From positions 10,490 to 50,489 of the forward strand of contig NZ_DATEQZ010000044.1 in assembly GCF_035272065.1 (NCBI RefSeq): a stretch of DNA of 40,000 bases, given 5' to 3'. Each line of letters begins with the position of its first letter. Position 1 is the stretch's first letter. Below the pieces are notes generated by a model. That model saw only the letters and a program-made list of their open reading frames with translations, made no database searches and was not told the DNA's origin. Origin of the DNA: Candidatus Binatus sp. Lineage in GTDB: Bacteria > Desulfobacterota > Binatia > Binatales > Binataceae. Positions 8,485 through 17,096 of the stretch are shown here, one piece after another. A program made the position numbers and the translations under genes.

Positions 8485-10191
8485 ATGAGCGAAATCGCCG
8501 GAGCTGAGCTGCTGCTGCGATGTCTCGTCGCCGAGGGTGTGCGCTTCGTCTTTGGGATCCCTTGTCCCGAGGTCGATCCGCTGCTCGCCAAGCTCGAGCA
8601 GTACGAAGTGCGGTTCGTGCCGGTTCGTCACGAGGCTGCCGCCGTCCACATGGCGGAAGGGTTGTACAAGACTACAGGGCAGGTGGCCGCCGTGCTTGGC
8701 AATCCCGGGCCCGGCTCCGCGAATCTTCTGCCCGGGGTGATCACTGCGCGGCACGAGGGCGTGCCCGTCGTCGTCATCACTGCGCAGCATCGCCTCGGGA
8801 TCGTCTATCCCTCGCCGCCTTCGACCTTCCAGGGCCAGGACCAACTCGAAATCTTCAAGCCTGTGGTGAAGTGGAGCGGTCCGATTCTCTCGTGGGATCG
8901 AATCCCCGAAGTAATGCGCATCGCCTTTCGTGAGATGTGGACCGGGCGTCCTGGCCCGGTACAAATCGAGATACCTGCGCCCGTGATGTACGCGACCGGT
9001 GACGACACAAAAGTCCGGGTGCTGAAGCCGCTGGAATACCGCGCTGCCGGCCCGCTGCCATCTGAAGCGCAAATCGAAGAGGCAGCCGCGATGCTCATAG
9101 GCGCGAAGCGGCCGCTCGTCATCTCGGGCGCGGGAGTGGATCGCGCCGGCGCCAACGAAGCGCTGCTTGCCGTCGTCGAGCTGCTCAACTGTCCCGTCAT
9201 CGGCTCGATTGCCGGACGTTCGTCGGTGCCGCTCGATCATCCGAACTTCCTCTACGGCTACGGCGCCGGCGCCGACCTCGCGCGCCGCGAATCCGACGTG
9301 ATCCTTGTCGCCGGCTCGCGGATGGGCAATCTCGACATTCCGTACGACAAGTACTGGGGCGATCCCGCCAGTCAAAAACTCATCCAGGTGGATATCGATC
9401 AGCGCAACATGGGCGTCACGCGGCCGCTGGCCCTCGCGATCGTTGCCGACGCGAAAAGCGCGCTCGAGGGTTTGCTGCGCGTGCTCAGAACAAAGCGAGC
9501 CCAGCGCAAAGGCGGTGAGGATTTGGCGCGCTATCGAGAGACCGCCCGCGAATGGCGCGAGAAGCGTTTCGCATCGGTCGCGAAGTGGAGCGGACCCGGA
9601 ATCCATCCGGCGCACGCGATCGAAAAAATCGGCAAAGTCTTCGGCGCCGACAGTATCTATGTCGCCGACGGCGGCAACACCTCGTTGTGGTCGCTCTGGT
9701 TTCTGCCGTCGACCAGGCCGCGCTCTTACCTCAACATCCTCGAGCTGGGAATGCTCGGCACCGGAATCCCGTCCGCCATTGGAGCGAAGCTTGGCAATCC
9801 GGAGCGCGAGGTTGTCTGCGTCAGCGGCGACGGCGCTGCGGGATTCAACTTCATGGAGATGCAAACGGCGGCGCGCGAAGGCCTGAAGGTCAGGGTTATC
9901 GTGTTCGCCGAAGGTTCATGGACGATGGAGGAGCCGAATGAACGGCGGCTCTGGGGAAAGACCTTCGGCACTGAGATGGGGACCGTGCGATGGGACAAGG
10001 TCGCCGAGGGCCTCGGCTGCAAATCGTTCTATGTCGAGCGCATGGAAGATCTCGAAGCGGCGCTCAACGGCGCGAAGTCAGCGGACGGCCCCGCGGTCGT
10101 CTGCCTCAAGACCAATCGCGACGCCAACCTCGCGATTCCTGGCGAGCTCGGCCTCCGCTTCGGCGAGGTGTATCAAGGCCCGATGGGTTGA
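8485..10191 (+). CDS. thiamine-pyrophosphate-dependent enzyme (acetolactate synthase-like family)
   Basis: 568 aa. The N-terminal Pyr domain reads LLLRCLVAEGVRFVFGIPC. The C-terminal TPP motif reads VCVSGDGAAGFNFMEMQTAARE. GGAGGA lies upstream of the ATG. Substrate not assignable. Confidence 0.9.
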   Translation: MSEIAGAELLLRCLVAEGVRFVFGIPCPEVDPLLAKLEQYEVRFVPVRHEAAAVHMAEGLYKTTGQVAAVLGNPGPGSANLLPGVITARHEGVPVVVITAQHRLGIVYPSPPSTFQGQDQLEIFKPVVKWSGPILSWDRIPEVMRIAFREMWTGRPGPVQIEIPAPVMYATGDDTKVRVLKPLEYRAAGPLPSEAQIEEAAAMLIGAKRPLVISGAGVDRAGANEALLAVVELLNCPVIGSIAGRSSVPLDHPNFLYGYGAGADLARRESDVILVAGSRMGNLDIPYDKYWGDPASQKLIQVDIDQRNMGVTRPLALAIVADAKSALEGLLRVLRTKRAQRKGGEDLARYRETAREWREKRFASVAKWSGPGIHPAHAIEKIGKVFGADSIYVADGGNTSLWSLWFLPSTRPRSYLNILELGMLGTGIPSAIGAKLGNPEREVVCVSGDGAAGFNFMEMQTAAREGLKVRVIVFAEGSWTMEEPNERRLWGKTFGTEMGTVRWDKVAEGLGCKSFYVERMEDLEAALNGAKSADGPAVVCLKTNRDANLAIPGELGLRFGEVYQGPMG

Positions 10192-10212
10192 GCTGTCCGG
10201 CGCGCCGCCGCG

Positions 10213-11241
10213 CTAAGGCTTGACCCCGGTGACGATGCTCATGTAGCCGAACGTCGGCTTGACTCTGATATCTTTGAAGCCTGCTTCACGCAGCATTTCC
10301 GCGATCTCGTGTCCGGAGTACTGCCTCCCCGTCGTCCATCCGAGCATGATCATCGTGTATGCGGCCGCGGCAAACGGCCCGGTCTTGTCCTTGTTGTAGA
10401 GCACCTCGTGGACAATCAGCCGTCCACCCGGTCTAAGGCTCTCAAAGCTCTTACGGCTCAGCAAGCGGCACTTATCCGGCGGCCAGTCGTGGTAGATGTA
10501 CGAATAGAAGTGCACATCGGCCGGGGGAAACGCATCATTCCACATATCGAGGGCGTGTGTGCTGACGCGATCCTGCAGGCCGGCTTGTTGCGCGATTTCG
10601 CGGGCGACCTCGCACACCGGTGCAATATCAAAGACCGTCGCCCTCAACTTCGGCCATCGCGTCACGGCGCCGATACTATGCGCGCCCGATCCGCCACCAA
10701 CGTCCAACATCGTCTTGCACTTCGACAAACTAATTGCGCTCGGCCAAGCCAGCGCCGGCGCCATGCTGATACTGTGCATGGCTCGCGTAAACGATCTGGC
10801 TAAGTTGGATTGCTCGTCGTGGGACTTAAAGACTTCGGCGCCGTGATAAACCTGCGGCGAATCTGTGCGCACTGCTTTCTCAAGGCTCTCGATCGAGCAA
10901 ACCGGGTAGTTGTCGATTATCAGATCGAAGTAGCTGCCGAAGTAGCTAGGACTGCTTTCGAGCAAATAGTCTTCGGAGAGTGGGGTGAGCGCGTAGCGGC
11001 CGCTCTTTAGTCTGACAAAACCCAGTGCCGCGTTCGCCGCGAGGATCGTCTCAGCCGGCCGGTTCGCGATTCCAAGACACCCGCAGATCTCGTCGAACGA
11101 GCGCGGCTTCTCCGCGAGAAATGGAAAGAGTCTGAGTTTGTGCGCGAGCAGCACCGCCGGCGCACCGTACACTGAAAACACAACATCCCACAGCGCCCGA
11201 TCGTCGCGCCGCGACTTTCTAATGGAGGGTTTCTTTTTCAC
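10213..11241 (-). CDS. SAM-dependent O-methyltransferase (family 2-like, with N-terminal dimerisation-type domain)
   Basis: LDVGGGSGAHSIG is SAM motif I, followed by DRVSTHALDMW and RPGGRLIVHE blocks. Start placed at GTG 11241 (VKKKPS...), because the further 59 codons of the track ORF translate repeat A3. Confidence 0.8.
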   Translation of the reverse strand: MKKKPSIRKSRRDDRALWDVVFSVYGAPAVLLAHKLRLFPFLAEKPRSFDEICGCLGIANRPAETILAANAALGFVRLKSGRYALTPLSEDYLLESSPSYFGSYFDLIIDNYPVCSIESLEKAVRTDSPQVYHGAEVFKSHDEQSNLARSFTRAMHSISMAPALAWPSAISLSKCKTMLDVGGGSGAHSIGAVTRWPKLRATVFDIAPVCEVAREIAQQAGLQDRVSTHALDMWNDAFPPADVHFYSYIYHDWPPDKCRLLSRKSFESLRPGGRLIVHEVLYNKDKTGPFAAAAYTMIMLGWTTGRQYSGHEIAEMLREAGFKDIRVKPTFGYMSIVTGVKP

Positions 11242-11244
11242 ACC

Positions 11245-11354
11245 AACCTGTTCTAACAGGGACGAAGTCCCGCATCTTTTCTGCTCACTGGGTGCAGGGG
11301 TCACCCCTGCCCAGGGAAGCGTGAAACCCACGGTGGGTTTCACATTAGATGAAG
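11245..11354. repeat. intergenic palindromic repeat, family A, copy 3 (inverted relative to copies 1 and 2)
   Basis: Contains the perfect hairpin GTGAAACCCAC-GGT-GGGTTTCAC and a second palindrome GGGGTCACCCC. It also carries the CGTCCCTGTTAGAAC tail (reverse complement). Confidence 0.7.
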
Positions 11355-11359
11355 TGACT

Positions 11360-12418
11360 TTACTTCTCCGCGCCGCGGCCCATCCGTGCGTCGAACTCCT
11401 GCGCCACCTTCTCGTCATTCTCCATCAGTTGGTCGCTATCGAGATCGGCGTAAGCCATCACGCCCATGTTCGAGTACGCGCGGCGAATCTTCGGCCCCCA
11501 GAGCCCGATATTCTTGATCGTCGGAACGATCCGCGAGAACAGCCGCGACTGAAACTCGCGCATGTCCGGCGACGAATCGACGTACTCGACGCATTGCTCG
11601 ACCGGCAGTCCCAAAGTTTCCCACACTTCCTCTGAGCGAAAGCGGTCGCGCATCAGGTAGGAGGCCTCGACCGCGAACTCTTCGCGCTCATCGCGCTCCG
11701 GCTGCGTGAGCTGCGGATAGTAGTCGCGCAATGCCAGCCGCCCGAAGGCGACGTGCCGCGCTTCATCCTGCATCACGTAAGCGTTGACGGCCGCCGCCAG
11801 CGAATTTTTTGCGGTGTCGCGGATTCCCGCGAACGCCGCCAGAGCGAGCCCCTCGATCAGTACCTGCATCCCCAGGTACGTCATGTCCCATCGCGAATCA
11901 CTGAGCACGTCATTGAGCAGACGCTTGAGGGGTGGCGTTATCGGATAGGCGAGATCGAACTTCTCGTGCAGCAGCCGCGAGTAGGTCTCGACGTGACGCG
12001 CCTCGTCCATCACCTGCGTCGCGGCGTAGAACTTCGCATCGACGTTGGGCACCTGTTGCACGATTTTCGCCGTGCAGATCAGCGCGCCCTGCTCGCCGTG
12101 CAGAAATTGCGAGACCGACCACGCTTGCATATGCCGCCGCAGGTTGGCGCGCTCCTGCCGGTTGAGCCGGTTCCACAGGTCGGATCCGAAAATCGAGATA
12201 CTCTCGTCGGGCAGCTCCTGCGGATTTTCGGGATCGAGATCCTGCGACCAGTCGATCCGCGTCGTCGTGTTCCACTGAAGATTCTTGCCCTTCTCGTACA
12301 GCTTGCGCAGCGCGTCGCTGCCCTCCTGGTATTCCCACTTGAACACCGTGTCGAAGCTGCCCGGCACCGCCCATTCGGTCGCGTCCACAGGAATCGCGTA
12401 GCGCTGTTTTGTGCTCAT
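11360..12418 (-). CDS. ferritin-like diiron-carboxylate oxygenase (AurF/CmlI-like fold family)
   Basis: Two ExxH motifs sit in helices (VMDEARHVETY and MQDEARHVAFG), plus upstream acidic ligand candidates. Start at ATG 12418 (MSTKQRY) with GAGG about 10 nt upstream. The longer track ORF runs into the htrA-remnant region. Confidence 0.75.
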   Translation of the reverse strand: MSTKQRYAIPVDATEWAVPGSFDTVFKWEYQEGSDALRKLYEKGKNLQWNTTTRIDWSQDLDPENPQELPDESISIFGSDLWNRLNRQERANLRRHMQAWSVSQFLHGEQGALICTAKIVQQVPNVDAKFYAATQVMDEARHVETYSRLLHEKFDLAYPITPPLKRLLNDVLSDSRWDMTYLGMQVLIEGLALAAFAGIRDTAKNSLAAAVNAYVMQDEARHVAFGRLALRDYYPQLTQPERDEREEFAVEASYLMRDRFRSEEVWETLGLPVEQCVEYVDSSPDMREFQSRLFSRIVPTIKNIGLWGPKIRRAYSNMGVMAYADLDSDQLMENDEKVAQEFDARMGRGAEK

Positions 12419-12486
12419 CGGAGAACCTCGCTTGTGGCAAGGTTTTCCTTGTAACCCGCGCTCCGATCTATGCGCAAGCGTGCGAC

Positions 12487-12612
12487 TTAGCCGCGCGATT
12501 TGTGCGCCGGAACGACATCGAGCCTCAGTTGCTCCGTCCTGCGCACCGCGACCTGGCTCATCGTAAGATGACGCTGCAAATCGTCGATGCCGGCGATCGG
12601 CGAGTCGCCGAG
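12487..12612 (-). pseudogene. remnant of the 3' end of an htrA-like protease gene (diverged copy of 18810-18965)
   Basis: The translation LGDSPIAGIDDLQRHLTMSQVAVRRTEQLRLDVVPAHKSRG* parallels the intact C-terminus LGDSPIAGIDDLQRHLTMSQVGVRTPVVVIRGTEQRMLEVVPAEVAHKSRA*. No upstream protease domain is present. Confidence 0.6.
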
Positions 12613-12635
12613 GACTTCGACCTGGGTATCCGAAG

Positions 12636-12824
12636 GTGGACAAGATGATTGCGGGCCTGCGGTGGACCGTTTCCATCGGCTGCGGATCATTCTTCGTGGC
12701 CGGCGTTTACCGCGGGATTTGGCGCTACACAGGACTGGCCGAAATCGTGCGCTTTGCGCTGGCGGCGATGATGGCGGGGTTCGTCGTCAAGCTGGCGTCT
12801 TCGTTCCTGCCGATTACCATATGA
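12636..12824 (+). pseudogene. remnant of a CapD-N-terminal-like membrane protein gene (diverged copy of 21746-21931)
   Basis: The remnant reads VDKMIAGLRWTVSIGCGSFFVAGVYRGIWRYTGLAEIVRFALAAMMAGFVVKLASSFLPI. The intact gene reads VDQMIAGLPWIVAIGCCSFLVAGVYRGIWRYTGLAEAVRFALAAMIAGLAVKLASSFLPI. It is a fragment only, abutting the htrA remnant. Confidence 0.6.
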
Positions 12825-13079
12825 ACTCTTCTGAGCTTGTGTTGCATCAACGACTCTTTGGCTGTATCGGACATGCTACACGGGCCCCTGGATGTACCGA
12901 CTTTCAACGCAATGTTAAGGCATAGAAGTTGCTGGTACCATCATTTCAAACTCTTGGTCGTAGCCCTCGGAAATGCCGATTTCTTTGTTGTTTCCTTCGG
13001 AAGCATACTATGTGCAACGGAAATCCGAGATTCCGCGATAACTGCTGCTGAAAACGGAAGTGCCGGCTGAAAGGAAATC

Positions 13080-14945
13080 ATGATTCGAAGATTGAGTGTA
13101 TTTTTGCTCACCATCGTCGCGACCGTTTCAGGCGCGAGTATCGTTTGCCGGGCGCAAGAACAGGTTCCGTTAACGCGTCATGTGCGCGAAGTGACTCTCA
13201 GTGGGCAGGCGCAGTTAATCGGGCGACTCCCCGCAACAAAGTCAGTGCGCTTCGACATCGTGCTGGCGCTGAGCAATCAGACAGAGTTGGATAATTTCTT
13301 GCAGGAGCTCTACGATCCTACGAGCCCCTCCTACCGGCACTTCCTTACGGTGCAAGAGTTTACGGCGAGGTTTGGTCCCACTCAGGGGGACTATGACGCT
13401 GTGATTGGTTTCGCGAAAACGAGCGGCTTAACCGTGGTTGGCGGCTCCCGCGATGGTATGGACGTGCAGCTCGAGGGCTCGGTCGCGGCCATCGAAAAGG
13501 CCTTGCATGTTACCATGGGTGTCTATCAGCACCCTACGGAAAACCGCACATTCTATGCGCCGGACCGGGAGCCCGGGGTGGACCTGCCTTTTCGGCTGTG
13601 GCACATCTCAGGTTTGGACAACTATTCGATCCCGCATCCCGCAGCCCAGCATAGAAATCTGATTGCGAAGTCCGCTGCCGTTAGCGGCTCCTGTCCATCT
13701 AGCTCATATTGCGGCAGCGACATGAGGTCGGCCTATTACGGGGGAACGGCTCTCACCGGAACGGGCCAGACGCTCGGGTTGCTGGAGTACTACGGATATG
13801 ACACAGCCGACGTGAACACTTACTTCACGAACGCTGGCCAGAAGAATACTGTCCCTATCGACGGCATTTCCACTGACGGTACCAGCTTGAGCTGCCTCTA
13901 TGCGGATGGTTGTGATGACACTGAACAGACCATCGACATAACTCAGGCGGTTTCCATGGCCCCGGGCATGACCGCACTAAATGTTTACGTGGGGTCCTCC
14001 GATACCGCCATCTTCAGCGCCATGTCTACGCATTCCCCGCTGGATGCGCAATTGAGCTCATCGTGGACCTGGAGCCCGTCGGACCCCAGCACTGACGACC
14101 CCTACTTCAAAAAGTTTGCGGCGCAGGGTCAAAATTTGTTTCAAGCAGCCGGCGACAGTGGCGCGTATACCTCGTCTTCCACGTATGTCTACCCCGCGGA
14201 TGATGCGTATGTCACAGTGGTCGGCGGCACGGACTTACAGACCAGCAGCGCGGGCGGCTGGAGTTCAGAAACCGCCTGGGCCGACGGTGGCGGCGGCTAC
14301 TACACGCCGGGCGCCATTCCAATTCCCTCCTGGCAGCAGCTCGCAGGCGTCATAACCTCGACCAACGAGGGGTCGACGAGCTTGCGGAACTCGCCGGATG
14401 TTGCGGCAGAAGCCAATTTTGACTTTTACGTCTGTGCCAACCAAAGCCCCTGCATTGCAAACTACTGGGGCGGAACAAGTTTTGCTGCACCCATGTGGGC
14501 CGGCTACCTCTCTCTGGTCAATCAACAGGCGGTTGCCAATGGCAATTCGAAGCTGGGGTTCATCAATCCGATTCTTTATTCGCTTGGTGTGGGGCCAGAC
14601 TTTGCCACCGATTTCCACGACATCACCAGCGGTAGTAACGGCTTTCCGGCAGTAACCGGCTACGATTTGGCGACCGGCTGGGGCAGTCCAAACGGAACCA
14701 GCCTGATCGACGCACTTGCCGGAACCGGCGCCGCCTCACCTACCCCGACATCCACTGCGACGAGTACCCCAACGGCCACTACGACCAAAACAGCAACGGC
14801 GACACCAACTAGGACCGCAACCCCGACTAGAACAGCGACGGCTACAGCAACCAAGACCGCAACTCCGACCAAAACCGCGACGGCAACCAGGACTGCGACT
14901 CCCACTGCCTCACCCACGTCTAAAGGCCACGGGCACAAAGGGTAA
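13080..14945 (+). CDS. secreted S53 (sedolisin/kumamolisin-like) serine peptidase with Thr/Ala/Pro-rich C-terminal tail
   Basis: It has a signal peptide (MIRRLSVFLLTIVATVSGASIVCRA). A pro-kumamolisin-type activation domain follows (LYDPTSPSYRHFLTVQEFTARFGP). EQTIDITQAVSMAPG and GGTSFAAPMWAG are catalytic-region motifs. The tail reads PTPTSTATSTPTATTTKTATATPTRTATPTRTATATATKTATPTKTATATRTATPTASPT. Confidence 0.9.
   Translation: MIRRLSVFLLTIVATVSGASIVCRAQEQVPLTRHVREVTLSGQAQLIGRLPATKSVRFDIVLALSNQTELDNFLQELYDPTSPSYRHFLTVQEFTARFGPTQGDYDAVIGFAKTSGLTVVGGSRDGMDVQLEGSVAAIEKALHVTMGVYQHPTENRTFYAPDREPGVDLPFRLWHISGLDNYSIPHPAAQHRNLIAKSAAVSGSCPSSSYCGSDMRSAYYGGTALTGTGQTLGLLEYYGYDTADVNTYFTNAGQKNTVPIDGISTDGTSLSCLYADGCDDTEQTIDITQAVSMAPGMTALNVYVGSSDTAIFSAMSTHSPLDAQLSSSWTWSPSDPSTDDPYFKKFAAQGQNLFQAAGDSGAYTSSSTYVYPADDAYVTVVGGTDLQTSSAGGWSSETAWADGGGGYYTPGAIPIPSWQQLAGVITSTNEGSTSLRNSPDVAAEANFDFYVCANQSPCIANYWGGTSFAAPMWAGYLSLVNQQAVANGNSKLGFINPILYSLGVGPDFATDFHDITSGSNGFPAVTGYDLATGWGSPNGTSLIDALAGTGAASPTPTSTATSTPTATTTKTATATPTRTATPTRTATATATKTATPTKTATATRTATPTASPTSKGHGHKG
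14733..14921 (+). repeat. coding low-complexity (ACN-GCN/CCN)n tract encoding the T/A/P-rich tail of the S53 peptidase
   Basis: Visible imperfect 6- to 18-nt periodicity (acc gca act ccg acc aaa acc gcg acg ...). Confidence 0.7.
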
Positions 14946-15041
14946 AATTCATTCGCCTTGAGGCCGCTCCAAATGCCACCGCTAGTGCAAAACATAATCG
15001 TCGGATAACACCGGCACCGGTCTCCCGCCCCACAATCCAGT

Positions 15042-15088
15042 CCCCCCTTCCACCAATGCGAGGGGGTGGTTGGGGGGGAGGTTTCTTC
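15042..15088 (+). terminator. possible stem-loop terminator after the S53 peptidase gene
   Basis: CCCCCCTTCCACC-aatgcgaggg-GGTGGTTGGGGGG followed by AGGTTTCTTCG. The stem contains a TT/TT mismatch and the T tract is poor. Confidence 0.3.
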
Positions 15089-15168
15089 GCCCATACTGCT
15101 CCTCGAAATCCCCCGTCCGATGGTATAAATCCCGGACCCGATTCGGTGACAAAGGAGGCGACCCACCA

Positions 15169-16098
15169 ATGGATGCAGCCAACGGCGAACCGAAATTCGG
15201 ATCGCGATCCAGCGCCTACGATGTCGTCGCCGGCCGCGACCTCTCCGGCCACACGATTGTCGTCACTGGCGCCAACACCGGAATCGGCGAATGGACCGCG
15301 CGAGCGCTGGCCAGCGCTGGGGCGCGCGTCATCTTCGCATGTCGACAGCCGGCAAGCGGAGAAGCCGCCGTCGCCCGGACGCGCGAAGCGCACTCCGGAT
15401 GCAAGGCCGAGTCCGCGGAGCTCGACCTCGCGTCGTTCGCGAGCATCACGCGTTTCGCGCAGCACCTGAATGCCGATCGGATTGATGCCCTCATTTGCAA
15501 CGCGGGTCTCCTGCAGATGACCTGGGCCGAGACGGAGGAAGGTTTCGAGCGAATGGTGGGCGTCTGCCACATCGGTCACTTTCTTCTCGCACGATTGCTG
15601 ATGCCGCGGATGCTCAGGTCCGCGAGCCCGCGGATCGTCATGGTGTCGAGCCTGAGCCATCGCACGCCGGCGAAGCTTGATTTCGATCGGTTACCGATGA
15701 CGCGCGAGAACTTTCGAGGCATGACGGCATACGGTCAGGCGAAGCTGTGCAATGTGCTGATGGCAAAGGCGCTGCAATCGCGCTATGGCAACCGCGGTCT
15801 GGTCGCCTGCGCGCTGCACCCGGGCACGCTAGTCACGACCGATATCGGCCGCAGTTCCATGCTCTTCGGCGCACTGATGAAACTGGTGAGTCCCTTTACC
15901 AAGAGTCCGGTTCAGGGTGCGGCGACCAGCGTCTATGCGACTGTCCACGAACCAGCGTCGGACCTGGCTGGACAATACCTGCAGAACTGTCGTGTCACGC
16001 CCTGCAGCGCAGAAGCGAACGATCCCGCAGTAGCTCAGCGTTTGTGGACAGTAAGTGAACAGTGGATCGCGCCGGCCGCCGCCCCTGCCTGGCCGTAA
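15169..16098 (+). CDS. short-chain dehydrogenase/reductase (retinol-dehydrogenase/WWOX-like classical SDR)
   Basis: IVVTGANTGIGEWTARALA is the TGxxxGxG motif, and NAG and YGQAKLCN (YxxxK) are present. Start moved to ATG 15169, preceded by AAGGAGG; the track start 15070 lacks support. Confidence 0.9.
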   Translation: MDAANGEPKFGSRSSAYDVVAGRDLSGHTIVVTGANTGIGEWTARALASAGARVIFACRQPASGEAAVARTREAHSGCKAESAELDLASFASITRFAQHLNADRIDALICNAGLLQMTWAETEEGFERMVGVCHIGHFLLARLLMPRMLRSASPRIVMVSSLSHRTPAKLDFDRLPMTRENFRGMTAYGQAKLCNVLMAKALQSRYGNRGLVACALHPGTLVTTDIGRSSMLFGALMKLVSPFTKSPVQGAATSVYATVHEPASDLAGQYLQNCRVTPCSAEANDPAVAQRLWTVSEQWIAPAAAPAWP

Positions 16099-16109
16099 CA
16101 CCGAGGGAA

Positions 16110-16132
16110 GGGGGTTGTGTTGCAATGCACCC
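16110..16132 (+). repeat. left terminal inverted repeat of the IS1595-family element
   Basis: GGGGGTTGTGTTGCAATGCACCC shares an exact TTGTGTTGC core and the GGGG...ACCC ends with the reverse complement of 18746-18770. Confidence 0.6.
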
Positions 16133-16199
16133 ACAGAGGGGATAAGCTCGACCGACGAACAGGGCGGCGACGACGAATCTCCAACCGAGGTGCGACTCG

Positions 16200-17054
16200 A
16201 TGGCTCTAGATTGGTTCAATACCGTTTTTCTTTATGAGTTGGGACGTGACTTGCAGACATTGACACAAGCTGCTCCGACTTCGCTGGCTGCCGTATCAGA
16301 GCCACTGCTCAATGCTCAGATAGCACTGGATGTTCTCTATACTTCAAGAGTCTTAGGGAAGCCGCTATTACCGCTGCCAACTTCCCAACGCGCGTACAAA
16401 TCGCTTAAAGGCGTGCTTGACCAGATAGACAAAGCGGTCACCAAGATGACTTTGGAGACTGCGGCTCAGCCTCTGGACTCAAGACTTCTGTCGGATTTGA
16501 CCGAAAAACTCGCGCAATTTCAAATTGTGTAAGAGGCCGATCTTGGTAGGTCTTGGACTTACGTTGTTAAACAGCCCGGCATTCTTGCCGTTGATTCTCT
16601 GATTTACGGTGCGCGTGTAGTTTTTGAAGGTTATGCGAATCGCATTCCAGAAATCGCAAAGCGAGATACCGACCAAGCTGGTCGTTGTATCGCTTTTGAC
16701 CTTCCAACTGCCGCAGGTTTCCATATCGCGCGGGCGACCGAGGCCGTTCTTGTGAAATATCTTGAAGCATGGGGCAAAAAGGTTGAAAAAGCGAGTCAAC
16801 GAAACTGGGGAAAATACACTGATTTGCTCAAAGAGACGGGTGCAAACAAGAAGGTGATCAACTCGATTGACCAAATAAGGGAATTGCACCGCAATCCGCT
16901 GCTGCATCCCGAAGATACCTTAATTATGGCCGAAGCGCTTAATTTGTGGGCTATTTGTTGTAGCACGATTCAAGGAATGATCGCTGACATCGAAGAACGA
17001 TTTCCGAATCCTAGCCCCGAAATCATCGGAATGCTGCCGGACGAAACCAGATAA
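16200..17054 (+). pseudogene. HEPN-like (Rx4H) protein gene interrupted by an in-frame TAA (16530-16532)
   Basis: Track ORFs 16200..16532 and 16752..17054 are in the same frame. The 73 codons between them are open, protein-like (EADLGRSWTYVVKQPGILAVDSLIYGARVVFEGYANRIPEIAKRDTDQAGRCIAFDLPTAAGFHIARATEAVL) and contain no ATG, GTG or TTG. The C-terminal part carries RNPLLH (16890-16907), matching the HEPN R-x4-H motif with the usual polar residue after R. Confidence 0.5.
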
Positions 17055-17096
17055 AACCCCGATGCCGAATTGTCGTAAAATTAGTATGCTGCACGA

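Noticed and set aside
8419-9864. 481-aa - strand ORF antisense to the TPP enzyme
   Set aside because: Shadow frame with no motifs, overlapping a well-supported gene. The same reasoning applies to 18789..19847 (+, antisense to htrA), 23408..24502 (+, antisense to pfkA), 25583..27724 (+, antisense to obg and the LLM gene), 33388..34164 (+) and 34287..35204 (+) (antisense to the NHL gene).
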